This document shows positions 36,554-44,857 of a stretch of DNA of 64,000 bases, one piece after another. The translations under genes and the position numbers were made by a program. Position 1 is the stretch's first letter, and the number at the start of each line of letters is the position of its first letter. The notes under the pieces were generated by a model that saw nothing but the letters and a program-made list of their open reading frames with translations, did not search any database and had not been told where the DNA came from. This DNA comes from Silvanigrellaceae bacterium. Its GTDB lineage: Bacteria > Bdellovibrionota_B > Oligoflexia > Silvanigrellales > Silvanigrellaceae. The stretch covers positions 10,752 to 74,751 of the forward strand of contig JBILKM010000007.1 in NCBI GenBank assembly GCA_044376695.1, given 5' to 3'.

Positions 36554-36958
36554 TCAGACAGCCTCTGCAGGTGGTACGTCTTCGATTCCCAGTCCGCTCA
36601 TCACATCGGTCAGACGCACACCGAATTTCTCGTTGACCACAACCACTTCGCCCATTGCGACAAGCTTGTCGTTAACGTAGATTTCCATAGGCTCACCGGC
36701 CATTTTGTCGAGCTCAATCACCGAGCCCTGACCAAGTTGCAGCAGGTCGTTGACGAGTAGCTTTGTTCTGCCAAGTTCGACCGTAACCTTGAGAGGAACG
36801 TCGAGAACCATCTTCATGCGAGATAGGTCGATCTTGTTCATGGGACTGTCATCGTGAAACTTGGCCATTGGATTCATTTCCGGAGCCGGAGCTTCACTCA
36901 TTGTTTTGCTGTCGAGTCCGAAGTCCTCAGGACTGAAACCCTGATTATTTTCTGCCAT
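36554..36958 (-). CDS. fliN: Flagellar motor switch protein FliN
   Basis: LDVPLKVTVELGRTKLLVNDLLQLGQGSVIELDKMAGEPMEIYVNDKLVAMGEVVVVNEKFGVRLTDV. Confidence 0.93.
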   Translation of the reverse strand: MAENNQGFSPEDFGLDSKTMSEAPAPEMNPMAKFHDDSPMNKIDLSRMKMVLDVPLKVTVELGRTKLLVNDLLQLGQGSVIELDKMAGEPMEIYVNDKLVAMGEVVVVNEKFGVRLTDVMSGLGIEDVPPAEAV

Positions 36959-37941
36959 TACACGTCTCCCACGCTTTCTGTGATTTTAATTGCTCTATTG
37001 CCTCGGACGATTCCGGGTACTCCTCTGAATTTGTGCACGCCTTCAACCATGATGTTGAGTGGTTTGTTTGCTTCGTGATCGAGAATGATGATGTCGCCTT
37101 CAGCGAGCTCCATCATGTCACGCAGGTTGATCCAAGCCGAGCCGAGCGTGCAGGACACATTTACTTGTGTTCCGAGAAGTTGGTTCTTAATGCGGTTGAT
37201 CCAAATGTGGTCTACTTCCAATTGTTCGTTTTGAAAGCCTACGCTCAGTTTGGATTTGATGGGCTCAAGTGTTGAATATGGGATAACCAGCTTGATGGAG
37301 CCACTCATCTTTTCAAGTTCAACATCAAAAGTCGTTGAAATCACCACATCTGAAGGTGGCACGACCGCCACGAACTGAGGGTTGATTTCGGTACGCGAGT
37401 AATGAATGCGTAGCGGAAAAACAGGTGCCCAAGCCTTTTCTAGGTCATCGATAGCAGCCATCACTATTCTTCGTGCGATCTTGATTTCAATCTGCGTAAA
37501 GTCCTTGCCTTCGATTTTCGTGTAAGGCACTTCTCCGCCGCCAAATAGGCTGTCGACAAGGCCGTAAAGAAGTTTGGCTTCGATAACCATGACCGCGGAA
37601 CCGCGCAGTGGGTCGACCCTGAGAATATTGAGGCAAGAAGGCAGTGGAAGGCTGTTCATGAACTCGCCAAACTTGATGGGGCCACTGCTGTTGACACCGA
37701 TGTTGGCCACCTTTCTTAAGGCAGCCGATAAAGAGACACGGAACAGACGGATAAAGCGGTCGTGAATGATATCAAGCGTTGGCATACGACCACGGATGAT
37801 ACGATCTTGGTTTGTCAGGTCATATCTGACAAAGGAGGATTCATCCCGCTTTTCCTCGGTTTCATGCGAGTCTATCCGTCCGTCAGAGACAGCGTTTAGA
37901 AGCGCATCGACTTCGCTTTGACTCAGAACCTGTTGTTCCAT
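36958..37941 (-). CDS. fliM: Flagellar motor switch protein FliM
   Basis: N-terminal CheY-P binding peptide LSQSEVDALL and the FliM middle domain. 1-nt overlap (TAATG) with fliN. Confidence 0.93.
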   Translation of the reverse strand: MEQQVLSQSEVDALLNAVSDGRIDSHETEEKRDESSFVRYDLTNQDRIIRGRMPTLDIIHDRFIRLFRVSLSAALRKVANIGVNSSGPIKFGEFMNSLPLPSCLNILRVDPLRGSAVMVIEAKLLYGLVDSLFGGGEVPYTKIEGKDFTQIEIKIARRIVMAAIDDLEKAWAPVFPLRIHYSRTEINPQFVAVVPPSDVVISTTFDVELEKMSGSIKLVIPYSTLEPIKSKLSVGFQNEQLEVDHIWINRIKNQLLGTQVNVSCTLGSAWINLRDMMELAEGDIIILDHEANKPLNIMVEGVHKFRGVPGIVRGNRAIKITESVGDV

Positions 37942-37944
37942 GGA

Positions 37945-38925
37945 TCACTCCACCAGAAAATCTGTGAAATAGATTGTCTTCACAGGTCTTGAGAATGTTT
38001 CGTTCATTTTGCTAATAAGTTCGCGTCTGAGCTTCTCCTTGCCTTTGTCGGTCAGGAGATCCAAGCGTGTCCTTGTGCTGACGGAACTAATGATGAGGTC
38101 TCTAATCTGTGGTTCACGTTTCTTGAGTTCATCTTGCTGCTCTTTTCCGCCGGTGTATTCAATTGAAACGGCAATGCGCAGATATCGGTTTTCAAGCGGA
38201 TTTCCGAGATTCAGATCCATTTTTGGCAACGCATAGGTCTCGCCGAAGGTTTCATCCGACTGGAACATCTTCACATCCGACTTTTCATCGGCCTTTGCGG
38301 TTCCATCTTTCTTTTCACCTTCTTTACCTTTGTCTTTGCCTGCATCCTTACCGGCGTCTTTGGAAGCATCTTTGGCGCCGTCTTTGGAAGCATCCTTAGC
38401 GGCGTCTTTGGAAGCATCCTTAGCGGCGTCTTTGGAAGCATCCTTAGCGGCGTCTTTGGAAGCATCCTTAGCGCCGTCTTTACCTCCATCCTTGCTACTC
38501 GGCTTGTCATCAGTCTTTGCAGAATCTTTCTTTTCTCCGTCTTTTTTGTCGGAACCGCCGTCTTTTTTATCAGCGTTAGCATCCTCTTTTTTCTCAGGAT
38601 GGGCTCCGTCCTTTTTATCCGAATGTGCTTCGTCTTTTTTGTCGGCTGCGTGCGCGTCTTTTTTGTCTTCCGCGTGACCATCTTTTTTGTCGTGGGCAGC
38701 GGTGTCATCCTTCTTTGCAGCCATGGAGTGAGGCTTCTGGACAAAGGTCTTGTAGACAAAGAATCCGCCCGCCGCCGCTGCCACGGCAACCACCGCTGTT
38801 AGGCCCAAGAACAAGACAATTTTTCTCTTTTTTCGGGTCTCCGCGATTTCATCGGGAGGCCCTTTTTCTTTCTTTGCGGCTTCGGCTTTGCCTTCTTCTG
38901 GTTTCTTTTCTTCTTTCTTAGACAT
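37945..38925 (-). CDS. fliL: Flagellar basal-body protein FliL with a roughly 170-aa K/D/A/G repeat insertion
   Basis: GGGAG Shine-Dalgarno sequence before ATG 38925. TM IVLFLGLTAVVAVAAAAGGFFVY. C-terminal FliL domain LPKMDLNLGNP...RYLRIAVSIEY...IRDLIISSVSTRT...KTIYFTDFLVE. Confidence 0.8.
   Translation of the reverse strand: MSKKEEKKPEEGKAEAAKKEKGPPDEIAETRKKRKIVLFLGLTAVVAVAAAAGGFFVYKTFVQKPHSMAAKKDDTAAHDKKDGHAEDKKDAHAADKKDEAHSDKKDGAHPEKKEDANADKKDGGSDKKDGEKKDSAKTDDKPSSKDGGKDGAKDASKDAAKDASKDAAKDASKDAAKDASKDGAKDASKDAGKDAGKDKGKEGEKKDGTAKADEKSDVKMFQSDETFGETYALPKMDLNLGNPLENRYLRIAVSIEYTGGKEQQDELKKREPQIRDLIISSVSTRTRLDLLTDKGKEKLRRELISKMNETFSRPVKTIYFTDFLVE
38353..38472. repeat. Five head-to-tail copies of a 24-nt unit inside fliL (in frame, encoding [A/G]KDASKDA)
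   Basis: Unit GGCGTCTTTGGAAGCATCCTTAGC. Copies at 38401, 38425 and 38449 are identical. Copies at 38353 and 38377 differ by 1-3 nt. Partial copies flank the array. Confidence 0.95.
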
Positions 38926-39031
38926 GATCACTCCCGAATGCGGCACGCGGTCTCGGTTCAAGCTTCTCAGATTCTGTTGGCGCCCTATGGTGTAAATATG
39001 TCCGTATGTCGTGAGCAGCGTGGGCAAGATT

Positions 39032-39047
39032 TGCCAGAGGCGGGCCA
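39032..39047 (-). promoter_or_regulatory. Candidate sigma-54 (-24/-12) promoter for the fliL superoperon
   Basis: The minus strand reads TGGCCCG-CCTC-TGGCA, with GG and GC at the canonical 10-nt spacing (consensus TGGCACG-N4-TTGCW). It lies about 107 nt upstream of the fliL ATG. Confidence 0.3.
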
Positions 39048-39152
39048 AACCGTTCGAAAGTGAGGGGAATTGCCTGGTCAGGTGTCGGTCTTTTGTTGCG
39101 TTGGGGCGTCAAGAAACGTACTGATGGGCAAGGCGACAGGGGAGCACGCTCG

Positions 39153-41312
39153 ATGGAGCTGTCTGATTTTGCAAAACGAATTCTATTTTCTTGTGAGATG
39201 GAGGAAAAGCTTTGTCCTCCTGGGGAGTTGACCGATGTGCAACCCTTTCACCCGCAAGATTTGCCTCTGCGACCTGGGCGTCCTGCTGTGCTCGATTTCG
39301 ATCGTTGGAAGAGCGCGGCCAAGGTCAGTTTTCCATCCAAGGCTGAGCTACTTGACCCTGTAAAAGTCGGGGTTCTTCTCCACTTTTTTGCGAATCACGA
39401 ATTGCTTGCGCTTGAGTTGATGGCTTTAGCTCTTCTCAAGTTTCCGGATGCCCCCGCAGCTTTTCGGATGGGTGTTGCGAAAACCATGTTGGACGAGCAA
39501 CGCCATCTTTCATCCTATCTTGCACAAATGCGTGAAGTGGGAGTCGAGCTGGGAGATATTCCGGTCAATGATTTTTTCTGGAGCCAATGTGCTTCCATGA
39601 AGACACCCATGGATTATGTAGCACGCATGAGCCTGACCTTTGAACAGGCGAATCTAGATTTTGCTGCTTATTTCAGAGATGTGCTTCGTGACATTGGTCA
39701 GCATCGTACAGCAGATCTTTTGCAGAGTGTTTTGGATGATGAAATTGGTCATGTGAAGCATGGCTTGGTTTGGTTTCGTCGTTGGAAGAGTGATTCGCAG
39801 TCGGATTGGCGGGCTTTTTGCGAGGCTCTTGGTGGAGAAATCAACGCTGCTCGAGCTAAGGGGAGTGTTTTTCGAGAGGATTTTCGCTTAAAGGCTGGGT
39901 TGGATCAGGATTTTATTGATGAGCTCAAGGTTTTTAGTCAGTCGAAGGGTGGATTGCCGCGCCTGGCATTCTACAATCCCGAAGCGGAGGAGGAGATCCG
40001 GCGCAACGGGCAGGAGGTTGAGCTGACTGGCGCCATCACTGCTGCTCGCAATGATCTTGCTCCGGTGATGCTTTTTGTTTTGAACCAGGATGACGTTCTG
40101 CTTTTGCCCCAGGAAATGCCCAGAGATTTTCTTCTGCGTCTCCGTGAGTGTGGGTTTGGTCTTCCCGAATTCATGAAAGCGAACAGCAACGATTCTGCTT
40201 TGCAGGAGCGATTGGGTCTCCGTAAGCTGCAGTCGTTGTATCCTTGGGCGGTCACCCCGCGGACAGCGCGTCTCTCTGTTCAATTGAAGGGCTTAGTTGC
40301 CGAGCAAACTGTTGCCGATCTGCAGCTCTTTCGTCGTGTTTATTCAAAGTCTTTTGCGCTCAGTGTGCTGAGAAATTTTCTGGAGAGTCATGCCGACGAT
40401 CAGCGTCTGCCTAGCATTGCTGTTGCCGGACAGATTGTCTCGACACCTGAGGAATTCGAGCGCACCATGCAGATTTTTGTTGATGCAGGCTATACCTCCA
40501 AGTTTATTGCTAAGCGTCCCTGGAGTGCTGCGGGTCGACATCGTCTTGTGGAAACTATTTCGGGGCTTTCTTGGAGCGAACAGCCCGAAACGCTACGGCG
40601 GTGGTTTGAGAAATCCTGGCGTACAGGCGAAACACCCGTTGTTCAGCCACTTTTTGATCGCCTTGTGGATGTCTCTGTGCAAGGTCGGGTCGATCGTAAG
40701 TCAGGAAAGCATCAGGTGCACGTTCTCGGTTTTACTCGCATACTCAATCTTGCCAATGGTCAGTATGCGGGTTCAGTCGTCGGCCGCTTTCTCGCTGGGT
40801 GTGACCAGCGGATTCTGCGTTTCTGGCACACAGCAGCAGATCCGCTGCGCGGTAGTGTTGAAAATGTTTTGGAACGTGCTGCGTTTTTTGTTGGTGAAGC
40901 ATTGGCTCGAGAGGGTTATACGGGGCCTTTCGGAGTGGATACATTCATCTTCAAGAATGCTCTTGGAGAGCCTGAGATTCTCCCAATTGTCGAAATTAAT
41001 CCCCGGCACACGATGGGGCGAGTTGCACTCGCTTTGAGTCGCCGGATTGCCCCGGGCCGCACTGGGCTATGGCTTCACATCACAGCTTCTGGATTGGCGC
41101 GTCTTGGTGTGAAAAGTTTTGCAGAGCTGAGTTCTCGCTGGCAGCTGACCTTGCCCCTCCAAATACAGAGCAAAAGCGGCGGTACTTTGATTCTTTCTGG
41201 AGTCCTTGAGACAACTCCAGCCGAACAGTGCCAACAAGTCTGGAGTTGTTTTGTCGTTGCGTCCGATCTGGATGAGGTCATTAATACATTGGGCGTGCGT
41301 GAGCTTCTGTAA
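39153..41312 (+). CDS. Fusion protein: ferritin-like di-iron DUF455 domain plus ATP-grasp-like ligase domain
   Basis: GGGGAG Shine-Dalgarno sequence before ATG 39153. The N-terminal half has four-helix di-iron ligand motifs NHELLALEL, DEQRH, FEQANLD, DDEIGHVKHGLVWF (DUF455 pattern). The C-terminal half has KFIAKRPWSAAGRH, VVQPLF, and GPFGVDTFIF...ILPIVEINPRHTMG (ATP-grasp pattern). Confidence 0.7.
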   Translation: MELSDFAKRILFSCEMEEKLCPPGELTDVQPFHPQDLPLRPGRPAVLDFDRWKSAAKVSFPSKAELLDPVKVGVLLHFFANHELLALELMALALLKFPDAPAAFRMGVAKTMLDEQRHLSSYLAQMREVGVELGDIPVNDFFWSQCASMKTPMDYVARMSLTFEQANLDFAAYFRDVLRDIGQHRTADLLQSVLDDEIGHVKHGLVWFRRWKSDSQSDWRAFCEALGGEINAARAKGSVFREDFRLKAGLDQDFIDELKVFSQSKGGLPRLAFYNPEAEEEIRRNGQEVELTGAITAARNDLAPVMLFVLNQDDVLLLPQEMPRDFLLRLRECGFGLPEFMKANSNDSALQERLGLRKLQSLYPWAVTPRTARLSVQLKGLVAEQTVADLQLFRRVYSKSFALSVLRNFLESHADDQRLPSIAVAGQIVSTPEEFERTMQIFVDAGYTSKFIAKRPWSAAGRHRLVETISGLSWSEQPETLRRWFEKSWRTGETPVVQPLFDRLVDVSVQGRVDRKSGKHQVHVLGFTRILNLANGQYAGSVVGRFLAGCDQRILRFWHTAADPLRGSVENVLERAAFFVGEALAREGYTGPFGVDTFIFKNALGEPEILPIVEINPRHTMGRVALALSRRIAPGRTGLWLHITASGLARLGVKSFAELSSRWQLTLPLQIQSKSGGTLILSGVLETTPAEQCQQVWSCFVVASDLDEVINTLGVRELL

Positions 41313-41313
41313 T

Positions 41314-41796
41314 TTATCGCTGCGTCGAGGACATTCGGTAAGCTTGTGTGGCAGCCTTGAGAGCCATAGATTCGTTCAGTAGACTTTTTGCATCGAGCTT
41401 TGGATCTGGTTGAGAACCCTTTTCCGAGCTGCCAATGCTCTTGTCATTGGTCATTGTCCTCAAATCTGGATCGGTCTGTTCGAGCCAATTGAGAATTTGA
41501 GTTCTAATGCCAAAAGATTGGGTTGCGGTCATGGACTTTGAATATTCTGAATCGAGCATACCCTGGTAAATATCTTCAGCGTTCGAGACATCCTCGCGTT
41601 GTGCCGTCTGTCGCATCGACTTCACCATCATGTCCATGAACATGGTTTCAAATTCTTGTGCGACCTTCTCGGCCTCTTCTCGCTTTCTCTGCAACCCTTC
41701 TTGTTTTGTCGGATTGAGCTCCGCTGGGCTCAGTTCGACATTGCGGCCCAATGAGGGTGCAGCAGGGGAGGAGGAAGTGGCTTTGAGAGAACTCAT
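41314..41796 (-). CDS. Flagellar rod-binding protein (FlgJ N-terminal domain only, no muramidase domain)
   Basis: KVAQEFETMFMDMMVKSMRQT...DIYQGMLDSEYSKSM matches the rod-binding domain. 160 aa. Lies downstream of flgI as flgJ usually does. Confidence 0.7.
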   Translation of the reverse strand: MSSLKATSSSPAAPSLGRNVELSPAELNPTKQEGLQRKREEAEKVAQEFETMFMDMMVKSMRQTAQREDVSNAEDIYQGMLDSEYSKSMTATQSFGIRTQILNWLEQTDPDLRTMTNDKSIGSSEKGSQPDPKLDAKSLLNESMALKAATQAYRMSSTQR

Positions 41797-41805
41797 CAGG
41801 TCTCC

Positions 41806-42909
41806 TCACATCAGCTTCAGCTGCGCTTTAAGTGCCTGCGCAGCATCGAGGGCCTGAAGAATGGAGACGAGATCCTTTGGGCCGGCTCCGAGTTCGTTGA
41901 GAGCCCGCACGAGGTCGCCTACCGTTGTGGTTTTTGGAACTTTGCTGACGTATCGGGTTTCATCTTGGACAATGATCTCGAGATTTCCATGACTGATCGC
42001 TACAGGCATAATCGTAACATTTGATCCACTGATTATTGTTCCAGTGCGTTCATTGATCACAACAACAGCTCGGCTGTCTGGCTCAACTCGGATCTGCTCC
42101 AGCACAGCCATGAAGTCTACGGGTGTGAAGCTCGGCGAATCGATAGCCTGCTCAGGCACGCGCACCCGTATGAGCCCACTGTTTTGGGGGGATGCTATAA
42201 ATTCGTTGAATTTGCGATTGATTGCATGCGCAATGCGGTGTGCTGTCGTGAAGTCTGCACTTTTGAGTGAGAGTTCAATGTTGCCATTGTGAATAAAAGT
42301 GCTTTGAAACTCTCTCTCCACGCTCGCGTTTTGGCTGATTGCGATTGTCTTTGGAGCTGAGCTGCGGTTGTTGCCGCCGCCTCCACCTTGTGCGCCTGTC
42401 ATTGCTGTTCCGAGGCTAAGAGGGCCTTGTGCGACAGCGTACACTTGTCCGTCGGCTGCTGAGAGAGTTGTCATGAGAAGCGTGCCACCCTCGAGGCTTG
42501 CGCTATCACCAACTGCTGCAATCCGAATGTCGAGTTTGTCACCGATGCGAGCAAAGGCGGGCAAATCGGCAGTTACAATAACTGCGGCGATATTGCGGGT
42601 CACGACCTGGGCAGGGTTGACTTGTGCACCAAGGCGGGTCAGCAGATTTGCCGCCGCTTTATTTGTGGCTAGGCTTTGCTTGCTGTCACCGGTTCCAGAG
42701 AGACCAACCACAAGGCCGAGTCCGACCAGTGGGTTGCTGCGCACACCTCGAAATTCAACCAGATCCTTGAGCCGTACGGGGGCTGAGTTGTCAGCTCCAG
42801 ATGTTTCCGCATTCGTCTGTGTTTTGTTGGCAGACGCGGACAGAGGAAAAAACAGACACAGGAATGAAAACACGAGACCGGCTGCTGTAAGTTGGGAGAC
42901 TCGTTTCAT
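41806..42909 (-). CDS. flgI: Flagellar P-ring protein FlgI
   Basis: Signal peptide, then VRLKDLVEFRGVRSNPLVGLGLVVGLSGTGDS. ATGA overlap with flgH. Confidence 0.96.
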   Translation of the reverse strand: MKRVSQLTAAGLVFSFLCLFFPLSASANKTQTNAETSGADNSAPVRLKDLVEFRGVRSNPLVGLGLVVGLSGTGDSKQSLATNKAAANLLTRLGAQVNPAQVVTRNIAAVIVTADLPAFARIGDKLDIRIAAVGDSASLEGGTLLMTTLSAADGQVYAVAQGPLSLGTAMTGAQGGGGGNNRSSAPKTIAISQNASVEREFQSTFIHNGNIELSLKSADFTTAHRIAHAINRKFNEFIASPQNSGLIRVRVPEQAIDSPSFTPVDFMAVLEQIRVEPDSRAVVVINERTGTIISGSNVTIMPVAISHGNLEIIVQDETRYVSKVPKTTTVGDLVRALNELGAGPKDLVSILQALDAAQALKAQLKLM

Positions 42910-43922
42910 GGTGTGCCTCCGGAAGCATTTTCTTGAGCTTTGGGAGCTGCCTGGGCGCCTGCTGCTGAGGATGCTGCGCTTGCGCGCTTTTGTTGCTCTG
43001 AGGCTTGTTCGGCCATGCGCTCGCGCTCTTTTCTGATTCTCTCGCGTTCTGTTTCATTCGCTTTGGCCTGATCCCGAAGAGCCGACTGGGCTGTTCGGAT
43101 TTCATCGCGTAGGCCATCAATGGCTGACATCTCGGATTTCAAATCTGGAGTGAATCCGGCAAGACGCCGCGACACCATCTCATCCCACCCGGGTGCACTG
43201 TACTCTTTCTGACGACCTTCGAGCTCTTCGTTTACGGCGACATCGGTGAGTTCCCGTGCATCAAGCTCGAAGCTTGTCAGTGCTCGCCGTGGAACTTTGG
43301 CGAGAATCATGGTCATGTTCTCCTCGCCGTTGGCGCCTGAAAAACGTCTTTGTCCACGCAGGTAAACATCGCCCCCGGGTTCGAACCCGATGATCTGCAT
43401 TTTGAACGACTTGATTGGGCCCTGACTCAATTGAATGGTTGGACTCGCCGTGTCGGGATCGGTCAGCTTAAGGCCAGCCGTTTCTTGTTCGGTCTCTTTC
43501 TTCTTGTCCTTGGAGTTGGATTTGTCCTTGTTCTTCGTGTTGTCGTTGATGGTGACCGACTTGGGATCAAATTGCAGTTCTGGTGGGATCATCACCGTGA
43601 TGGTTTGGCCCTCGCGGTTTGGTGTAGGGTCGGCCAAGAGTGTGCGTGGCTCCTGGGTGTCGGCCCATATTGAGCCTGTACTCGAACCGGTTTCGCGATT
43701 CTTGATGATGAATTCATCGCGTTTGAGGTACAGTTGGTCGAGATTTCTCTCTTGCCGCTCACCTTCTAACTTTCGTGCTAATGGCATCTGTGGAAGGGCG
43801 CGTTGCGAAGGTGGTGGAGGAGTTTGACAGCTGAACAGCAAAACAGTGAATGTGATGATGAGTCCGCTGAGGGTCAATTTAAGGAGTTTGTTCGAGTTTT
43901 CTGGTTTCTCGCTGAAATGCAC
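42906..43922 (-). CDS. flgH: Flagellar L-ring lipoprotein FlgH with internal K/D/N-rich and C-terminal coiled-coil extensions
   Basis: Lipobox LLFSC; GSIWADTQEPRTLLADPTPNREGQTITVMI; VYLRGQRRFSGANGEENMTMILAKVPRRAL. The start is uncertain because no in-frame ATG exists. GTG 43922 is chosen here; the maximal ORF starts at TTG 44084, inside flgA. Confidence 0.85.
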   Translation of the reverse strand: MHFSEKPENSNKLLKLTLSGLIITFTVLLFSCQTPPPPSQRALPQMPLARKLEGERQERNLDQLYLKRDEFIIKNRETGSSTGSIWADTQEPRTLLADPTPNREGQTITVMIPPELQFDPKSVTINDNTKNKDKSNSKDKKKETEQETAGLKLTDPDTASPTIQLSQGPIKSFKMQIIGFEPGGDVYLRGQRRFSGANGEENMTMILAKVPRRALTSFELDARELTDVAVNEELEGRQKEYSAPGWDEMVSRRLAGFTPDLKSEMSAIDGLRDEIRTAQSALRDQAKANETERERIRKERERMAEQASEQQKRASAASSAAGAQAAPKAQENASGGTP

Positions 43923-44037
43923 CAGATTCGATGAAACTCTCTCAAAATGAACCTGCGAGCGAGCATTCAGTGTGTCGACCTTGAGTAGGTACCACTCTAA
44001 GGCGCATTCCCAACGAAGAAGCAAGTTTTCAAAAATG

Positions 44038-44853
44038 TTAGCGAACAATTTCGACCTCTCCCTCTCCGGTGATGCGTGCCTCAAGCTGTCTTGTTTTTTG
44101 AACTGAAAACGATGGCGCCTTGATTTCTACAAGAATAACGTCACCAAGGCTGCCGCTCTTCAGGGCCCGAGCTTGCGTCTTCACCGTAAGCGAATTCGCG
44201 CCAGAGGAGAGCAGAGCACGTACCTGTGATTGAGCTTTCACGTCATTTTGGAAAGGTAGTTTTTCCAGAGTGATTGTCTTTTCTCTCTTGAGCAGGGATT
44301 GCGCTGCAATCAGATCAACTCTCTTCCCAATGAATTTCTCAATCGATTGTATGCATTCAGTTTTGCTGGCAAACGTGACTGTGTTAGGGCAACTGATTCC
44401 TTCGACGCATGGCTTCACGATGAAGTTTGACTTCTCGAGTCGGCCATTTGTGGTGAGGTTTTCAATTTTCGGGACGGCAAACCACGACGTCTTTCTTGGG
44501 CCGAGTTCAACGCTCCAGCTGTTTTGTTTTTTGTCACTGTTGACGACAACTAATTTGAACTGCTGTGTCGTTTGTCCACCCGAAGAATGGCTCGCTTCGT
44601 TGCCGACAATTTTTACGGCGACAGGCACTCCATCGGTTTTCGGATCGCATTGAAGGCAGCGGACGTAAATGCCTGAACTCTGCACAGCAGTGGGTGCTTC
44701 GTTGGCGTCGACGAGTTCCTTTGTGCTTGGAAGAATCTGACTGAGCGCCTGGCGCAGGACATCTTTCTGCTTTTCCGATACATCGGCTTGTTGTGCAAGG
44801 CCGATGTAGTCGATGGCGATCATCTCTGTGGGTGGAAGTTCAAAGGCCAACAT
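44038..44853 (-). CDS. flgA: Flagellar P-ring assembly chaperone FlgA-like
   Basis: Position between flgG and flgH. C-terminal SAF-like segment ARALKSGSLGDVILVEIKAP...QLEARITGEGEVEI. No obvious signal peptide from ATG 44853. Confidence 0.65.
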   Translation of the reverse strand: MLAFELPPTEMIAIDYIGLAQQADVSEKQKDVLRQALSQILPSTKELVDANEAPTAVQSSGIYVRCLQCDPKTDGVPVAVKIVGNEASHSSGGQTTQQFKLVVVNSDKKQNSWSVELGPRKTSWFAVPKIENLTTNGRLEKSNFIVKPCVEGISCPNTVTFASKTECIQSIEKFIGKRVDLIAAQSLLKREKTITLEKLPFQNDVKAQSQVRALLSSGANSLTVKTQARALKSGSLGDVILVEIKAPSFSVQKTRQLEARITGEGEVEIVR

Positions 44854-44857
44854 CAGA

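Noticed and set aside
38353-38472. The regular 24-nt direct repeats could superficially suggest a CRISPR-like or satellite array.
   Set aside because: The copies are contiguous with no spacers, are in frame inside fliL, and encode an 8-aa peptide repeat. This is a coding tandem repeat, not CRISPR.
38271-38789. Long alternative-frame and antisense ORFs across the fliL repeat region (38271-38789 minus, 38330-38677 plus, 38625-38921 plus).
   Set aside because: They are artefacts of low-complexity repeat DNA lacking stop codons in several frames. Only the frame continuous with the TM helix and FliL domain is credible.
39021-39036. A second sigma-54-like string on the minus strand, TGGCAAATCTTGC, with perfect TGGCA and TTGC boxes.
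   Set aside because: The boxes are 2 nt too close (6+3 instead of 6+5), and sigma-54 is intolerant of spacing changes. Only the adjacent, properly spaced TGGCCCG-N4-TGGCA was kept, as a low-confidence candidate.
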